A DNA stretch of 64,000 nt from Octopus vulgaris (taxonomy: Eukaryota), in the NCBI GenBank assembly GCA_951406725.2, contig OX597835.1, forward strand, positions 18,848,001-18,912,000. Reading direction: 5' to 3'. Shown here one piece after another: positions 42,410-57,379 of this stretch (its first letter is position 1; each line of letters begins with the position of its first letter). The notes beneath the pieces were generated by a model. It made no database searches and had not been told where the DNA came from. It worked only from the letters and a program-made list of their open reading frames with translations. Both the position numbers and the translations under genes were made by a program.

Positions 42410-42793
42410 GCGTATATATTTATGCCCCGCCTCTACATGTATACATTTACTTATACACACTAACATGGATGTAGGTATGTATGTATACATATTATTATAT
42501 TGATCTAAACATCTTATGAACACAACAGAGACAATGCTTTTTTGGTTTTCAAAAATCAAATACCTACGATCGTAAACAAACCCGCAAACAGATGCACATA
42601 AATATTGCTCACCCAGAAGACAACACAAACAACTCCGCGCGCCTACGTACACTTTCATTTTCACACATATATGCACAAACCAATCTATAGTACTCCTAAA
42701 TGAAAAACAAAAACGGACATTAAAATCAACACCTACAGTTATAGATATCATGCAAACTAAAAAAAAATTATCTAAATATTGTGTATTATATTG

Positions 42794-42794
<1 letters not shown>

Positions 42795-42830
<36 letters not shown>

Positions 42831-42877
42831 TGATGATGAAGATGATGATGATGATGATAATAATAATAATAATGATA

Positions 42878-42909
<32 letters not shown>

Positions 42910-42922
42910 AATAATAATAATG

Positions 42923-42959
<37 letters not shown>

Positions 42960-42988
42960 TGATGATGATGAAGATGATGATGATGATG

Positions 42989-43019
<31 letters not shown>

Positions 43020-43060
43020 TGATGATGATGATGATGATGAAGATAATAATAATAATAATG

Positions 43061-43159
<99 letters not shown>

Positions 43160-43394
43160 GTAACAAAAACATAATAACTATAATGAAGGTGTTGATGATC
43201 ATGATCACGATCATGATTATGATGATAACGATGATGATGATGATGATGATATTGAAGATGCTGCTGCTGCTCATTATGATGACGAAAATGATGATGAGGA
43301 GGAAAATTATAATGATAATAATGATAATAATAATGATGAAAAAAATAATAGTAATAATAATAACAATGATGATGATGTTAGTAATAACAACAAC

Positions 43395-43440
<46 letters not shown>

Positions 43441-43460
43441 TTAACAATAATAATCATAAA
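42795..43460. repeat. Compound (AAT)n/(GAT)n tract
   Basis: Trinucleotide repeats; source of the poly-N/D ORF. Confidence 0.97.
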
Positions 43461-44107
43461 TGAATAAGTCATATAACGTCAACAGTAACAATTATAACAA
43501 AATGTTTTGCATAGATATATATATATATATATCTATGAAGCTTGTATTCATTGAATCACTTGTTTTGGTTTTGTTGCATTTATGGAGAAGAAACAAAATA
43601 TTTATATACATAATACGTTTGGCGGAGAAATCCTATATTGTGACTGTTTCATCAAGAGACTAACGTTTCTTTGTCGCATTGTCAGATGATAATAATAGTA
43701 AGCTAGAATTTATGCCAACAACAAGAAAAACAAAATACAAAGTGAAAAAACAAACAGTATGACACGAATAAATGTAGTTTCAAAAAGTATTAAAATTTTT
43801 ACAAAATTATGTTTATATTTTCTTTCTTTACGTTACATATTTTTTCCTTCTATTTGAAAATTTCAATGCAAGCATGACTGCGTATGAGATTGTGTCTGTG
43901 TATGTCTGTCCGTATGTGTATGCGTGAGTGTGTAGGTGGGCGTGTATTCGCGTGTGTATGTGCGTGTGCGTGTGTGTGCATGTGTGAGTGTGTCGAATGA
44001 AATCGTTATGGATCATCCATGGTTTTTTGCAAATTCAGTTGTTAAATATTGCACATTCATGTATATAATGTATATTTGTATTATACACACACACATGCAC
44101 ACACACA

Positions 44108-44175
<68 letters not shown>

Positions 44176-44364
44176 CAAATACATGTATGTATATATGTGT
44201 GTATATATATCTATATATATATATATGTATGTACGTATACGTGTATGCGCTCACATATACACTCAGACATATATCTATCTGTGAATCTATATATATAATT
44301 ATGTCTATACACGTATATATATATATAGATATATATAGATATATATGTATATACGTATACATAC

Positions 44365-44411
<47 letters not shown>

Positions 44412-44803
44412 TATATATACATATACATATATCCATATACACAGTAAGTAAATCTTAGTGCAAGATGCGAAGTATATGGTACCTATATTCCTTAATTTGT
44501 AAAATCCACTCCAGCTATCATCAGTCTACTTCATTAGATTCGACAGAGAACAGATACTTATGGAAAGCAAATATTACGACGAACCTATTTGAGGTGTGAA
44601 TATATAACGTTTTGATACACAAAATTTAGTTACCGATTCACTGAAAACTGTTGGCGAAACTAACAGTCACTCTGTTGTAACATTTCTCTAAAGAAATAAT
44701 CTTTAAACTATTTCAACCGCTACATTTTGTTGGGAAAATCTCTGAGTGTTACTACACTTTAATATTTCACCTAAACTAATTGGACTATATTAGTGTCATT
44801 TTT

Positions 44804-44845
<42 letters not shown>

Positions 44846-44859
44846 ATTACTATTGTTAC

Positions 44860-44950
44860 TATTATCTTCTTTCAAATTTGCTTCCATTTCTTGCCGAGAG
44901 TCTTCCCGACTCCTAGGGCAAAGAAACTCATAGTATACATTGGTAGGCCA
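44860..44950 (-). mobile_element. Probable R4/Dong-type LINE 3' tail; second copy at 46862-46945 (+)
   Basis: GAGTTTCT(T/A)TGCCCT(A/G)GG(A/T)GTCGGGAAGAC..CAAGAAATGGAA shared by both copies, each running into a trinucleotide repeat. Confidence 0.55.
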
Positions 44951-45047
44951 TTAAACTAAACTCACTAGTTCGTTAATTTTTTTTAAAGTTAAATTAAAAT
45001 ACATGGGCAGTAATAGTTCTATTAAAATACATGGGCAGTAATAGTTC

Positions 45048-45084
<37 letters not shown>

Positions 45085-45086
<2 letters not shown>

Positions 45087-45750
45087 GAGAGAGGTAAGCG
45101 CATATCATTAGATTGACACTGGGCTACAAATATACGAAGCCCAACATATCCATCATGACTAACCATGTGATATGTGTACACAGGGCACGTGCATCGCAAC
45201 ATGGTGATCACATAACAAGATATGCATCTTATATAGCATTTCAGGGGAGGCCTAGTTAGCATTTTCTTTGGGTTTCATTAGTCCATCCCGCTCAAATGTG
45301 TCCTGAGTAAGTTTTGATAAATGAAACCGCCATGTTTCCGGATGTAAAGTATTCGTATTCTAAAGAATTCCTTTCAACACATATATATGATGCTCCACCA
45401 CTACTCTGCTCTTGATCAGAGAAGTAGAAATGGAAAACAAATATCACGAAGAACCTATTTGAGGTGTAAATAAATAACTTTTTGATACGAAAAATTTAGT
45501 TTCCGGTTCACTGAAAACTGTTGGCGAAACTAACAATCACACTCTTGTCACATTTCACTAAAGAAATAATCTTCTGCTCTTGATCAGAGACGTAGAAATC
45601 GTCAGCCACTAAGGGATATGCTCAACTGGTTAAGTAAATCTTTGATATTGAGCAGAATATTTGCTGTAGCCCTATCGTGTACATAAAGACAATGCAGGCA
45701 TATGATAAGACTTACAATCAGTTAACATGAGAAGCCAGAGTAGACACTGC
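45085..45750 (+). mobile_element. Unclassified interspersed repeat abutting (TTA)n; inverted copy at 48655-49085
   Basis: ATCGTCAG(C/T)CACTAAGGGA(T/C)ATGCTCA, TGATCAGAGA, TATTGAGCAGA(A/G)TATTTGCTGTAG and CCATCATGACTA shared by both copies. Confidence 0.7.
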
Positions 45751-45754
45751 TTGG

Positions 45755-45920
45755 TCGGCGAACTGGCAGAGTCGCGAGCTAACCGGGCAAAACACTGAAT
45801 GATATTTCGTCCGTCTTCAGGATCTCAGTTCAAATCCTGCGGGTGTTGGCTTTACTTTTCATTCGTTCAGGGTCGGTAGAATATCTATCAGTGGAGCACT
45901 AGGGTTGATGCAATCCACTT
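45755..45920 (+). mobile_element. SINE family B, degenerate
   Basis: GCGAACTGGCAGA..GTTCAAATCCTGC..TTTCATTCGTTCAGGGTCGG. Confidence 0.7.
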
Positions 45921-46994
45921 AAAGCTTATTTTCCGTTTCGCATATGAAACATCATCACAGAATAATCGTCGGCTATAATTTCTAATAGCAAATCTGCAGA
46001 GATAACCGTAACAAGTGATTTAATAGGACTGCTAACGCAATAGGACACATTATTGACTTATTAAAGTGTTTTGTGTTCTTTGTAGTATATTATGGTGGCA
46101 TAACGAAATACCGCGTCCCTACAAGTCATTAATATTTACATACGAGCTTCCTGGAATGTGTTTGATGTGGAAAATTGGCAATATCGAATACCGTTGCACC
46201 GCTATACTTACTGAGTATTTAAGGAATACGTTCGTGGATTATTAATGGCTTGGGTGCGTGCTGATGAGGAAGCAAAACGTGCTGATGAGGAAGCAGAATT
46301 ATGACATAAACGCCCATTACCAATTTTTCATTTTCGATGTCATTGTTTGTTGGCCATAATTTCTATAGAGAATCCGCCGAAATAACCTTAACAAGTGGTT
46401 TAGTACTAATTCTACTCATGAAACACCTTTTCCGTCCAGCTATTCGTTCAACTTTCTTCTTGATCTCCTCATGTTCTTGTCCTTCTCCTTATTTTCTTAC
46501 TCCTACTTTTCTTACTCCACCCTCACTTACACTTCCCTGTCTTATTTATCCTCTTACTCCTCCTTCTCTTATGCAACCCTCCCTTAATCCTCGTTCCTCT
46601 CCTCCTTCGCTTATTCCTCCTTCCTCACCCTTCTCTTTTTACTACTCCTGCTTCTCCTCCTTCACAACTTACACCTCCCTTTTCTCTGCCTCCTCCTCCT
46701 AGTACTCCTTCCTCTCCTCATTCTTCGTCATTTTCTTCTTCATTTCTTGCTTCTTTTCATAACCAAACTATAATTTTATTTACTAATTATAGCTAATTAT
46801 TACTAAATGAACACGTCTGAGGAAGTGCTACTATAATGATTAATGTTTTTTCTTTTCTTTTAATAGACTTCAAATGTTTACAATGAGTTTCTATGCCCTG
46901 GGTGTCGGGAAGACACTGCGCAAGAAATGGAAACAGAATTGAAAGATGATAATCCTGATAATGATGTTCATGATGATGATGATTATGATGATCC

Positions 46995-47126
<132 letters not shown>

Positions 47127-47849
47127 TGATAATAATAATAATAATAATAATAATTGTAATAATAATAATCACAGCACAATCTACAAAAAGAAATTTATTA
47201 AAGCTTGACTGATTGTTATCTTGAATGATATGCAGTTGTAAAATTAATCAATGTTGAAAGCTCTATAAATGCAAGTCGGATAGAGAACAGAAAAAGTGGG
47301 GAATACTGTGATAAAAGGAGGACGAGGGAAGAGATTGGTGAAAAGTGAACAAGTGCAAAATATGGTGATGATGATGGTGACGATGATGGTGATGATGATG
47401 ATAACCTATTTATTTTATTAGTTTATATTTCAATTGGTGATAGTTCATTACGTGTTATACATGTGCTATGTCTGTTGGTGTGAGCCTACGTGTATGTGTG
47501 TATGTGAGTGTGTATATGAGTGAGTGCGTGCCTATTTATTCGCTATAGGAACATGGTGTGTTTGGTTGCAAATTATACTCGAAATTGCAGAAGGAAAATA
47601 CATATAATATTATATGGTTGAATGGAAATAAATATGTTTCCGTTCCTATACACATTCAATTTCTGAAACTCCTAACTTCCCATAAGCTAAATTGGACTGA
47701 GCCGAAAACTTCTGGCTTTTATGTGTTCCCATCCAAAGTTTAATGTTCTGTTTTCGCCCGTTTTCATTTTTCATCTTTCATATTAACAAAAACTGGATTC
47801 CGATAACTTTAAAATCTTCACCACTTGTTAACAAATACGCACCAGAAAA

Positions 47850-48200
47850 CCTGGGCAACCATAAGCTCAACAAACACTTTAAGCTCTTCACTACTTGAAC
47901 TCAACACGTTTTCTCAATACCAAATAATTTATAACCACTTCTATATGAATTCTCATTCGTTATCTCTATTTAACTTTGCCTTGCTTGGTATGGAGTACTG
48001 CGGACAGCCAAAAGATCAAAATGCGTCCACAGAGGGAGCAGTCCACAGAGGGAGCTCAGAACTGATTTTTGTTTTTAACACTTTCTGCCTAAAGCTGAAA
48101 GTTTTCTCTATGACAGCCTGCAGGGAAAATGGCTCATTAAATTTTAAATACAAGTTCCAAATATATTGTAACTGGTCTAAAGCAATTGGTCTTTTGGCTA
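47850..48200 (+). mobile_element. Decayed CR1/L2-type LINE ORF2 C-terminal fragment
   Basis: MEYCGQ (~LEYCxQ), AVHRGSSELI (~RVQRRATKLI), KLKVFSMTACRENGSLNFKYK (~KLxLFSLERRRLRGDLIxxYK). Confidence 0.5.
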
Positions 48201-48290
48201 CATATTGAAGAGATAAATACAATGTGTCGATAAAATGAAATAGTGTCCAACAATGCTTCTAATAACACGATATAATATTGGTTATAATAT

Positions 48291-48520
48291 TGCGAGCTGG
48301 CAGAATCGTTAGCACGCCGGACGAAATGCTTATCGGTATTTCGTCTGCCGCTACGTTCTGAGTTCAAATTCCGCCGAGGTCGACTTTGCCTTTCATCCTT
48401 TCGGGGTCGATTAAATACGTACCAGTTACGTACTGGGGTCGATATAATCGACTTAATCTGTTTGTCTGTCATTGTTTGTCCTCTCTGTGTTGAGCCCGTT
48501 GTGGGTAGTAAAGAAAGAGA
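48291..48520 (+). mobile_element. SINE family B, full length
   Basis: GCGAGCTGGCAGAATCGTTAGC..GTTCAAATTCC..GCCTTTCATCCTTTCGGGGTCGATTAAATACGTACCAG. Confidence 0.92.
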
Positions 48521-48544
48521 TATAATATTGGTTTCAAATAATAA

Positions 48545-48579
<35 letters not shown>

Positions 48580-48596
48580 TGATGGTGATGATGATA

Positions 48597-48649
<53 letters not shown>

Positions 48650-49108
48650 AAAGATGCCCTACAGCAAATACTCTGCTCAATAACACAGATTAGTTTGCCA
48701 GCTGTTTGACCTAAACTAGCTGAGCATGTCCCTTAGTGACTGACGATAGGTACATCTCTGATCACGAGTAGAAGTAGTGAGAGAGAGAATCATAACCGTG
48801 TGCTGAGAGGAATTTCTTTGGAGCTTGAATAATTCACCTTTGGAACCATGAGTGTTTCGTTCAACATACTTAAAAAAAAACATTATTCAGGGACCTTTTG
48901 AGAAGAATGGGCTACTCAAACTAAAAAAGCAAATTCTAACAGGGCCACATCTGCAAGGTCATTCGCTGTTTATCTTGATATGAGAGCACTGTGTCGTTCT
49001 CAAATGGTTGTGGCGCATGTTGTTGGGGTAGCCTTATAAGACAGGTAGTCATGATGGGTATACTGGTATTCGTATAGTTTACTCCATTAGTAGTAATAGT
49101 AGTAGTAA

Positions 49109-49159
<51 letters not shown>

Positions 49160-49299
49160 AAGTAGTAGTAGTAGTGACATCAATAATAATTTTAACAACA
49201 ACTACAACAATAATAATAATGTTAATCTCCTTCTTCTCCTCCTCCTCCTCCTTCAACATCATCATCACCATCATCATTATCACCATCATCATCATCACC

Positions 49300-49359
<60 letters not shown>

Positions 49360-49590
49360 TTCTTCGTCTTCTTCGTCTTCTTCTTCTTTTTCTTCTTCTT
49401 CTTCTTCTTCTCCTTCTTCTTCTTGTTCTTCCTCTGCTTCTTCTTCCTCTTCTGCTTATTATTATTATTATTATTAATATTATTATTATTGTTATATTTC
49501 AGAATGGTCATTATGCCAGTTTAGCTAACAAATATAACAATATCTGTTTCAACACACGTCTTCACATAAAAAAATCTTGCACAACAAATA

Positions 49591-49659
<69 letters not shown>

Positions 49660-49847
49660 CTATTTCTTTACTACCCACAAGAGGCTAAACGCAGAGAGGA
49701 CAGACAAACGGATAAAGTCGATTATATCGACCCCAGTGCGTTACTGGTACTTATTTAATCGACCCCGAAAGGATGAAAGGCAAAGTCGACCTCGGCGGAA
49801 TTTGAACTCAGAACGTAGCGGCAGACGAAATACCATTAAGCATTTCA
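49660..49847 (-). mobile_element. SINE family B, 5'-truncated
   Basis: Reverse complement of the 48291 copy. Confidence 0.9.
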
Positions 49848-49892
49848 CCCTACCATCATCATCATCATAAATAATGCAAGAACAAGAACAAG

Positions 49893-49938
<46 letters not shown>

Positions 49939-50404
49939 GCTACTACTGCTACTACTACTGCTGCTGCTGCTGTTGCTGCCACTGCTGTTACTGTTGCTGT
50001 CGATACTACTCCTACATCTGCACTTGCCAAAGTTGTCGTAGCAGTAGTTGTTTTAATATTTTTAGTCAATTCATTTAATTAGTAGGATGTGTTCGAAAGA
50101 TATACATTGCGCAGGCGCAGTCGTCATGTTTCGGACAAGATTTTAGCGACAATGGTGCGAAATTATTAAACGCGTATCAAGCTTTCACACTGAATACAGT
50201 GTGCAATCAATAATTTCAGTCATACTGCCGCGTGTTCGCAACACACGATCAATTGGGAAGTAGTACTTTTATTAATATTCGCACGATGTATATGTATGTG
50301 TATGCATATACGAATGTGTGTATGAGAGTGAATGACTAGCGTAAGTACATATTATTATATTATTATACGTATTATATTATTGACATATATATGCATACAC
50401 ATAA

Positions 50405-50499
<95 letters not shown>

Positions 50500-50784
50500 C
50501 AAAATAAGTAACAAGGATATCCAGCGCTAATGCTCTACGATCGTTTCATGGAACAGTATTTAATTGAACAATGCAATAATTACATCAAATGTAGAGCAAT
50601 TAAGTGGAATTGCATGAAACGATCGTACTGCATTACCTCTAGATATGCCTGTTGCTTATTTTGATTTTAATAACCTTATTTCGAAATTGTTTGGATAATA
50701 CCGTACCAAATTCTGGTGCCTCAAATTAAGTATTATATTAATCTTAATCTAAATTTTTGCTGAGCTCATCTTCCATACCGAATG

Positions 50785-50872
<88 letters not shown>

Positions 50873-50924
50873 GAGAGAGAGAGAGAGAGAGAGATGTATA
50901 TATATATATATATACATATAAAGC

Positions 50925-51140
50925 CGCAGGCGTAGGAGTGTGGAGGTGCAGGGGTAACTGCGTGGTAAAAATTGTGATTCTTTGCCACTGTGTGGCACCC
51001 TGGGCAATTGTGTACAGCTATGGTCTTAGGCTGACGAAACCCCTGTCAGTGTACCTGGGAGCCAGAAACCAAAACGAAAGGAGCCCGTCGTATAAATATA
51101 TATATATATGTGTGTCTGTATGTGTGTGTGCGTGTGTGTA
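50925..51140 (+). mobile_element. SINE family A, degenerate 5' half
   Basis: GGCGTAGGAGTG..CCACTGTGTGGCACCCTGGGCAA..GAAAGGAGCCCGTCGTATA. Confidence 0.65.
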
Positions 51141-51239
51141 AGAGTGTATGTGTGTGTATTTGTGTGCATACATATACATATATATTTAGACACACACACA
51201 TAGTCAATTCGAATAAACGAACAAAAAGGACAATATTTT

Positions 51240-51535
51240 TTACTTTCTTTAATGCCCACAAGGGGCTAAACATAGAGGTGTCAAACAAGGTCAGACAAAG
51301 TGATTAAGTCGCTTACATCGAATCCAGTGCGTAACTGGCACTTAATTTATCGACCCGAAGGGATGAAATGCAAAGTCGACCTCGGCGGAATTTGAACTCA
51401 GAACGTAACAGCAGACGAAATACCTATTTCTTTACTACCCACAAGGGGCTAAACACAGAGGAGACAAACAAGGACAGGCATACGGATAAATCGATTATAT
51501 CGACCCCAATGCGTAACTGGTACTTATTTAACCGA
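51240..51535 (-). mobile_element. SINE family B, two partial copies in tandem
   Basis: CCCACAAGGGGCTAAACA occurs twice; GCAAAGTCGACCTCGGCGGAATTTGAACTCAG. Confidence 0.85.
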
Positions 51536-52047
51536 TACGGGGATTGCCTACTTCTATTGGATATAATGGGTTCGTGTCAAGGCGTGTTGCTATTGGTGAC
51601 ACAATAAATTGCTTTTGAAAAGACAGTCAAATATAGGCAGAAATGCACACAATATCACGTGCCGCCACTGGGGTGATAGATGCTTGTCTTCGAAATATGT
51701 ACTGTGTTTTACAATACATATATATTGTGTCAACTCTCGGAGCAGTAAACTTGCTTTACAAGATGTATTTAAATTATGTATGTTGCGGTAATGTCAATAA
51801 TATAAACCGTTATTACAATGAAAGATTAACAATTTTCTAAAATTTTTTTTCGCCTGAAACTAAAATACAAAACCAAACAATTGTCAACCACCCATTCCTC
51901 AATGTGGCAGCCTTCTATAAACTGTAGATTTATCCAGGGGTCATTTCTCATTTATTTATGTTTTATGTTTTTTTTTTTATGTTTTCCAGTTTCAGCCCTT
52001 GAGCTGTGGCCATGCTGGGGCACCGCCATTAAAAAAAATTTATATGC

Positions 52048-52120
52048 AGCCCCCAGTGAGAATCGAACTCACGACCCCTGGTTTACAAGACCAGTGCTCT
52101 AACCTCTGAGCTATGGAGGC
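52048..52120 (-). tRNA. tRNA-Thr-TGT: tRNA-Thr(TGT), copy 1
   Basis: GCCTCCATAGCTCAGAGGTTAGAGCACTGGTCTTGTAAACCAGGGGTCGTGAGTTCGATTCTCACTGGGGGCT; full cloverleaf, anticodon TGT, T8 Pol III terminator just downstream. Confidence 0.96.
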
Positions 52121-52365
52121 TATATTTACTTAAGTCTTTTTTTTTTTACATATGGAACAAACTTCAATATAAAATCATACCTTAGGGTAAAAAAATATAC
52201 AAAGACATAAATGCCATCCAGTCATACAATATCCATCATATCGGAAGATTTATCCAGGGGTCATTTCTCATTTATTTATGTTTTATGTTTTTTTTTATGT
52301 TTTCCAGTTTCAGCCCTTGAGCTGTGGCCATGCTGGGGCACCGCCATTAAAAAAAATTTATATGC

Positions 52366-52438
52366 AGCCCCCAGTGAGAATCGAACTCACGACCCCTGGT
52401 TTACAAGACCAGTGCTCTAACCTCTGAGCTATGGAGGC
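52366..52438 (-). tRNA. tRNA-Thr-TGT: tRNA-Thr(TGT), copy 2
   Basis: Identical 73 nt sequence and T8 terminator. Confidence 0.96.
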
Positions 52439-53020
52439 TATATTTACTTAAGTTTTTTTTTTTTTTACATATGGAACAAATTTCAATATAAAATCATACC
52501 TTAGGGTAAAAAATTATACAAAGACATAAATGCCATCCAGTCATACAATCTCCATCATATCGGAATATTTATTCAAGACTGAATCACAATCTCAGTTTAT
52601 TAGGAATTTTAATGTTATAGCATTAAATATCTGCTATAAAGCCTAGAGTACAACATACACTTAACGCAAGTACTTCAATGGAGCTACTGTACATATTGAA
52701 CAATTTATTCCACTTATCTTATCGTTGCAGAACAAAGGGGACGTAATTATGAGCCACTAAAACCACAGGGAAATATTTATGCAAAGCCGTCATATTTAAA
52801 CAACCTTTATTAAGTGCTAACTTCCTCTTGATCGTTAGAGAAATGTATCTAATACGATAATTAGGTTATTGACTTATAATATTGAGGATGAAACTTAGCA
52901 ATTCTCTCAAAATACTTGCTCCAAAATATTAACTTCGTACATTTTGGCAATTAATTTGGCAATTAATTTGGCAATTAATTTTGGCAATTAATGATAAAAA
53001 TGACAAACTGTTCTCAATTT

Positions 53021-53186
53021 GGAGTGGCTGTGTGGTAAATAGCTTGCTTACCAACAACATGGTTCCAGGTTCAGACCCACTGCGTGTCACCTTCGGCAAG
53101 TGTCTTCTACTATAGCTTCGAGCCGACCAAAGCCTTGTAAGTGGATTTGGTAGACGGAAACTGAAAGAAGCCCGTCGTATATATGC

Positions 53187-53242
<56 letters not shown>

Positions 53243-53497
53243 TTGTGTGTATGTTTGTGTGTGTGTTTGTGTGTGCGTTTGTGTCTGTGTTTGTCCCCCC
53301 TTCATCGCATGACAACCGATGCTGGTGTGTTTACGTCCCCGTAAATTAGCGGTTCGACAAACGCGACCAGCAGAATAAGTAATAGGCTTACAAAGAATAA
53401 GTCCTGCGGTCGGTTTGATCGACTAAACACGGTGCTCCAGCATGGCCGCAGTCAAATGACTGAAACAAGTAAAAGAGAAAAACAGTAAAAGAGTAAA
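53021..53497 (+). mobile_element. SINE family A
   Basis: GGAGTGGCTGTGTGGTAA head through GTCAAATGACTGAAACAAGTAAAAGAG tail. Confidence 0.92.
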
Positions 53498-54368
53498 TAA
53501 TAACGCAGTGAAAGGGTCTGAGTCGAAGTATCGGGAGCGCATCCCGGAGGCTCAAAGAAGTTGTACAGCTATGAAATATCATCCCAAGTAATTTGGAGGA
53601 AGTGTAATAGAAAGGACTTGGGCTCTTCATCATACAATATGAAAATGGAAAACCACGTTCGCTGGAGATAGCATAGGGAAACATACATTCCCAAGGCTTT
53701 GTGGCTGTACATTCTCTACTCCACAGATTTTCGCTTACATTTTTACCTTTAGACAAACTTCGGAAACCGGGACATGTGGAAACGGCTTAGAGATACGTTT
53801 CTGTTCTAAAAGGAATTGTGTTTTTTTGCCTAGAGGCATGAAGGAACTGTTTGCGAGTTTAGAATAGGTTACTGGAAACAATGGCGATTAAATTTCCAAT
53901 GATGATATATACTTACGAAACATTTTACGCGGTTCGAACTCAATGCATGAAAGGCAACGACGGTTAATTACAAATTTCAAAGTTGACTATTTGTTTCGCC
54001 TCACCTCGTTATTTTCTCTAGCAATCAGGTATTGACGATGCAAACATGACCACCTACATTATAAAACTCTCCACTCCCAACGCTACTAAAACCAAAAGTA
54101 TTACAGAAGCAAAAAAAACAACAAATAAACAACAATCAAAATAAACATTACTCTATTACATTTACATCAGTACAAAACAATTCTATTCTCTGAATGTTGT
54201 TTCTTTCATTTTCCCTGTTGTACTGTCTTATATCTATATAGCTCTGTAAGCATATACATATCCATACATACAAACACGTACACACACACACACCCCACAT
54301 ATATATATATATATGTATGCAGATATATAGATATATATATATATGTGTATGTATATATAAATACATAA

Positions 54369-54405
<37 letters not shown>

Positions 54406-54471
54406 TATATACGTCTATGTATACATGTATATATATATATTATGTATATGTATATATATATATAAACATAA

Positions 54472-54504
<33 letters not shown>

Positions 54505-54595
54505 CATATATACATATATATATACATATACATATACATATAAATATATACATACACACACACATATATATATACATACATATATACATATCTAC

Positions 54596-54667
<72 letters not shown>

Positions 54668-56009
54668 TACATACACACACACACACATATATTTATATAT
54701 ATATATATTGATTGATTTAAATTTTTCGTTGGTTTGTTTTGGTAATTAGAACTAAAAGACAAGCGGAAACTGTACCAACACAAGTGCAATAACGAATTTA
54801 ATTTCATAAGTGAATTCAGTGTATTCACTGTTATGTCTTTTGTTTGTTTAGAAATTTCTTTTCATGTGTATTTTATTTTTTGATAGAAAATGGCAAAAAA
54901 AAAAAAAAACGAAACAAAACTACCTCAAAAAACCATTTTTAGGATTTTCGATTACGTTTTATTATTTTTCTGTTGTTTTGTTACATTCATAAAAATCACT
55001 TGAACTGAAGAATTTACCAAACGGTACTGAAGTTTCGTGTTTTAGACTTCAAATATTTTAAAAACTTTCCAATCTATTGAGAATTGATCTAAGAGGATTT
55101 TACTCTCGCTACGCTTTAATGGCCACGGAGAAATAGGTGCACAAATTACCAAGGGACCAAGGATAAAATTTTTGATTAAGTCATTACAGGAACTAATTCT
55201 ACTACAGCGATGGTGTTCATGATGTTAGTTTGCTCTTCGTCTTCGTGATCATGGCATTTCTACGTATTGTTATTGTTCTTGGAGGTGGTATGATGATAGA
55301 AGCAATTTTGATGTTGATGTTTTAGTATTAGCATTAGCAGTATATGTAATAGTGTTCTTGGTGTTGGTACTGTTATTATATATGCTGTTAAATGCTTGTT
55401 TTTCGTGATAGAATATATTGTTATTGTTCTTCTTAGTTGTATTGTATGCGCTGTTATCCTGCTACTAGTATATGAAATGTTGTTAGTGTTAATGGCAGTA
55501 AAATCGGGAAAAAGGAATGCAGGGCTGCAGGTGGGACTCATACGATTTGCGGGGACAATACTAGCGTTTTGAATATACTCCGTAGGAACTTTATTAGACG
55601 GATTTGAAACTATATTTTTGCTGCGGCTACGGATTCCCATGACTGTCTGTGGGATTGAATTTGGGATTTGAATTAGGAATTTGAATCATTGCGACTCCGA
55701 CCTTATAAGTGCATTGCAGTTAATCTCTCGATAGGGCTTGGTAATCCTGACCTTTGATCTAGGATTCTTCCGCTCAGCACCAACGTAAGGAACACTGTTA
55801 GTTCAGTTGAGCTCTTCGAGGAGTACTACTTCACAATCCGCTACGCTGCAGTCAAATGAATTCGACGTATTCCTAGCACAGCGGTTGAACTGGTGCTATA
55901 CCATGCCAAAAAACAGGCTGTAACTATGCAGGGAACGATAGTCATTCCGTGAGGTTATTTCAAAGTAATTTTCCATAATTGGTTTTATCTGATTTCATTG
56001 AAGTAGAAA

Positions 56010-56918
<909 letters not shown>

Positions 56919-57220
56919 GACATCACTGAGAAAAAATGCTTACCAATCGATGTATCAATACCAACAGATGACAATGTTTCTCTAAAAGAAACAAGGAAAC
57001 TTTCAAAATACAAAGATCCGGAAATAAAGGTAACTCAAATGTGGAAATCTAAGAACAGAAACAATTTCTATTATTTTAGGCACATTAATATTTGATAACA
57101 AATATTCAGACAAATACTTAACAGTAAAGATTAGTGATACACAACTACATAAAGAGACTGACACACATTCATTATTTATTTCATGTGAATTATGGCGAGG
57201 GTATTGCATGTTATTTAAAA
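56919..57220 (+). mobile_element. R4/Dong-like LINE fragment, restriction-like endonuclease domain
   Basis: EKKCLPIDVSIPTDDNVSLKETRKLSKYKDPEIKVTQMW resembles the RLE motif C.LIDV..P.D.N...KE.EK..KY..L; directly follows (TAA)n. Confidence 0.8.
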
Positions 57221-57379
57221 CGAGAAGCTGCTTCTAATATTTTAGTGTCGTTGATTGAGAACAAACATTGTAGTAAAAGATTAGTTTCTGTTTTGGGTAT
57301 ATGCGCATCATTTCATTTCACCTCTTTCATTTTCAAAACTGTATGTATACAAATATTTTTTGCTATGCTACTTGTACAA

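Larger units (their letters stand above)
51926..52565. repeat. Tandem duplication of a roughly 320 bp unit carrying tRNA-Thr
   Basis: AGATTTATCCAGGGGTC starts at 51926 and 52246; the units are near-identical. Confidence 0.95.

Noticed and set aside
46255-46300. Duplicated CGTGCTGATGAGGAAGCA containing CUGAUGA
   Set aside because: No stem II or GAAA follows; simple short tandem duplication
52942-52991. Short tandem repeats (ATTTGGCAATTA x4; also 44993-45048 and 58020-58085)
   Set aside because: Ordinary slippage duplications with no sign of function
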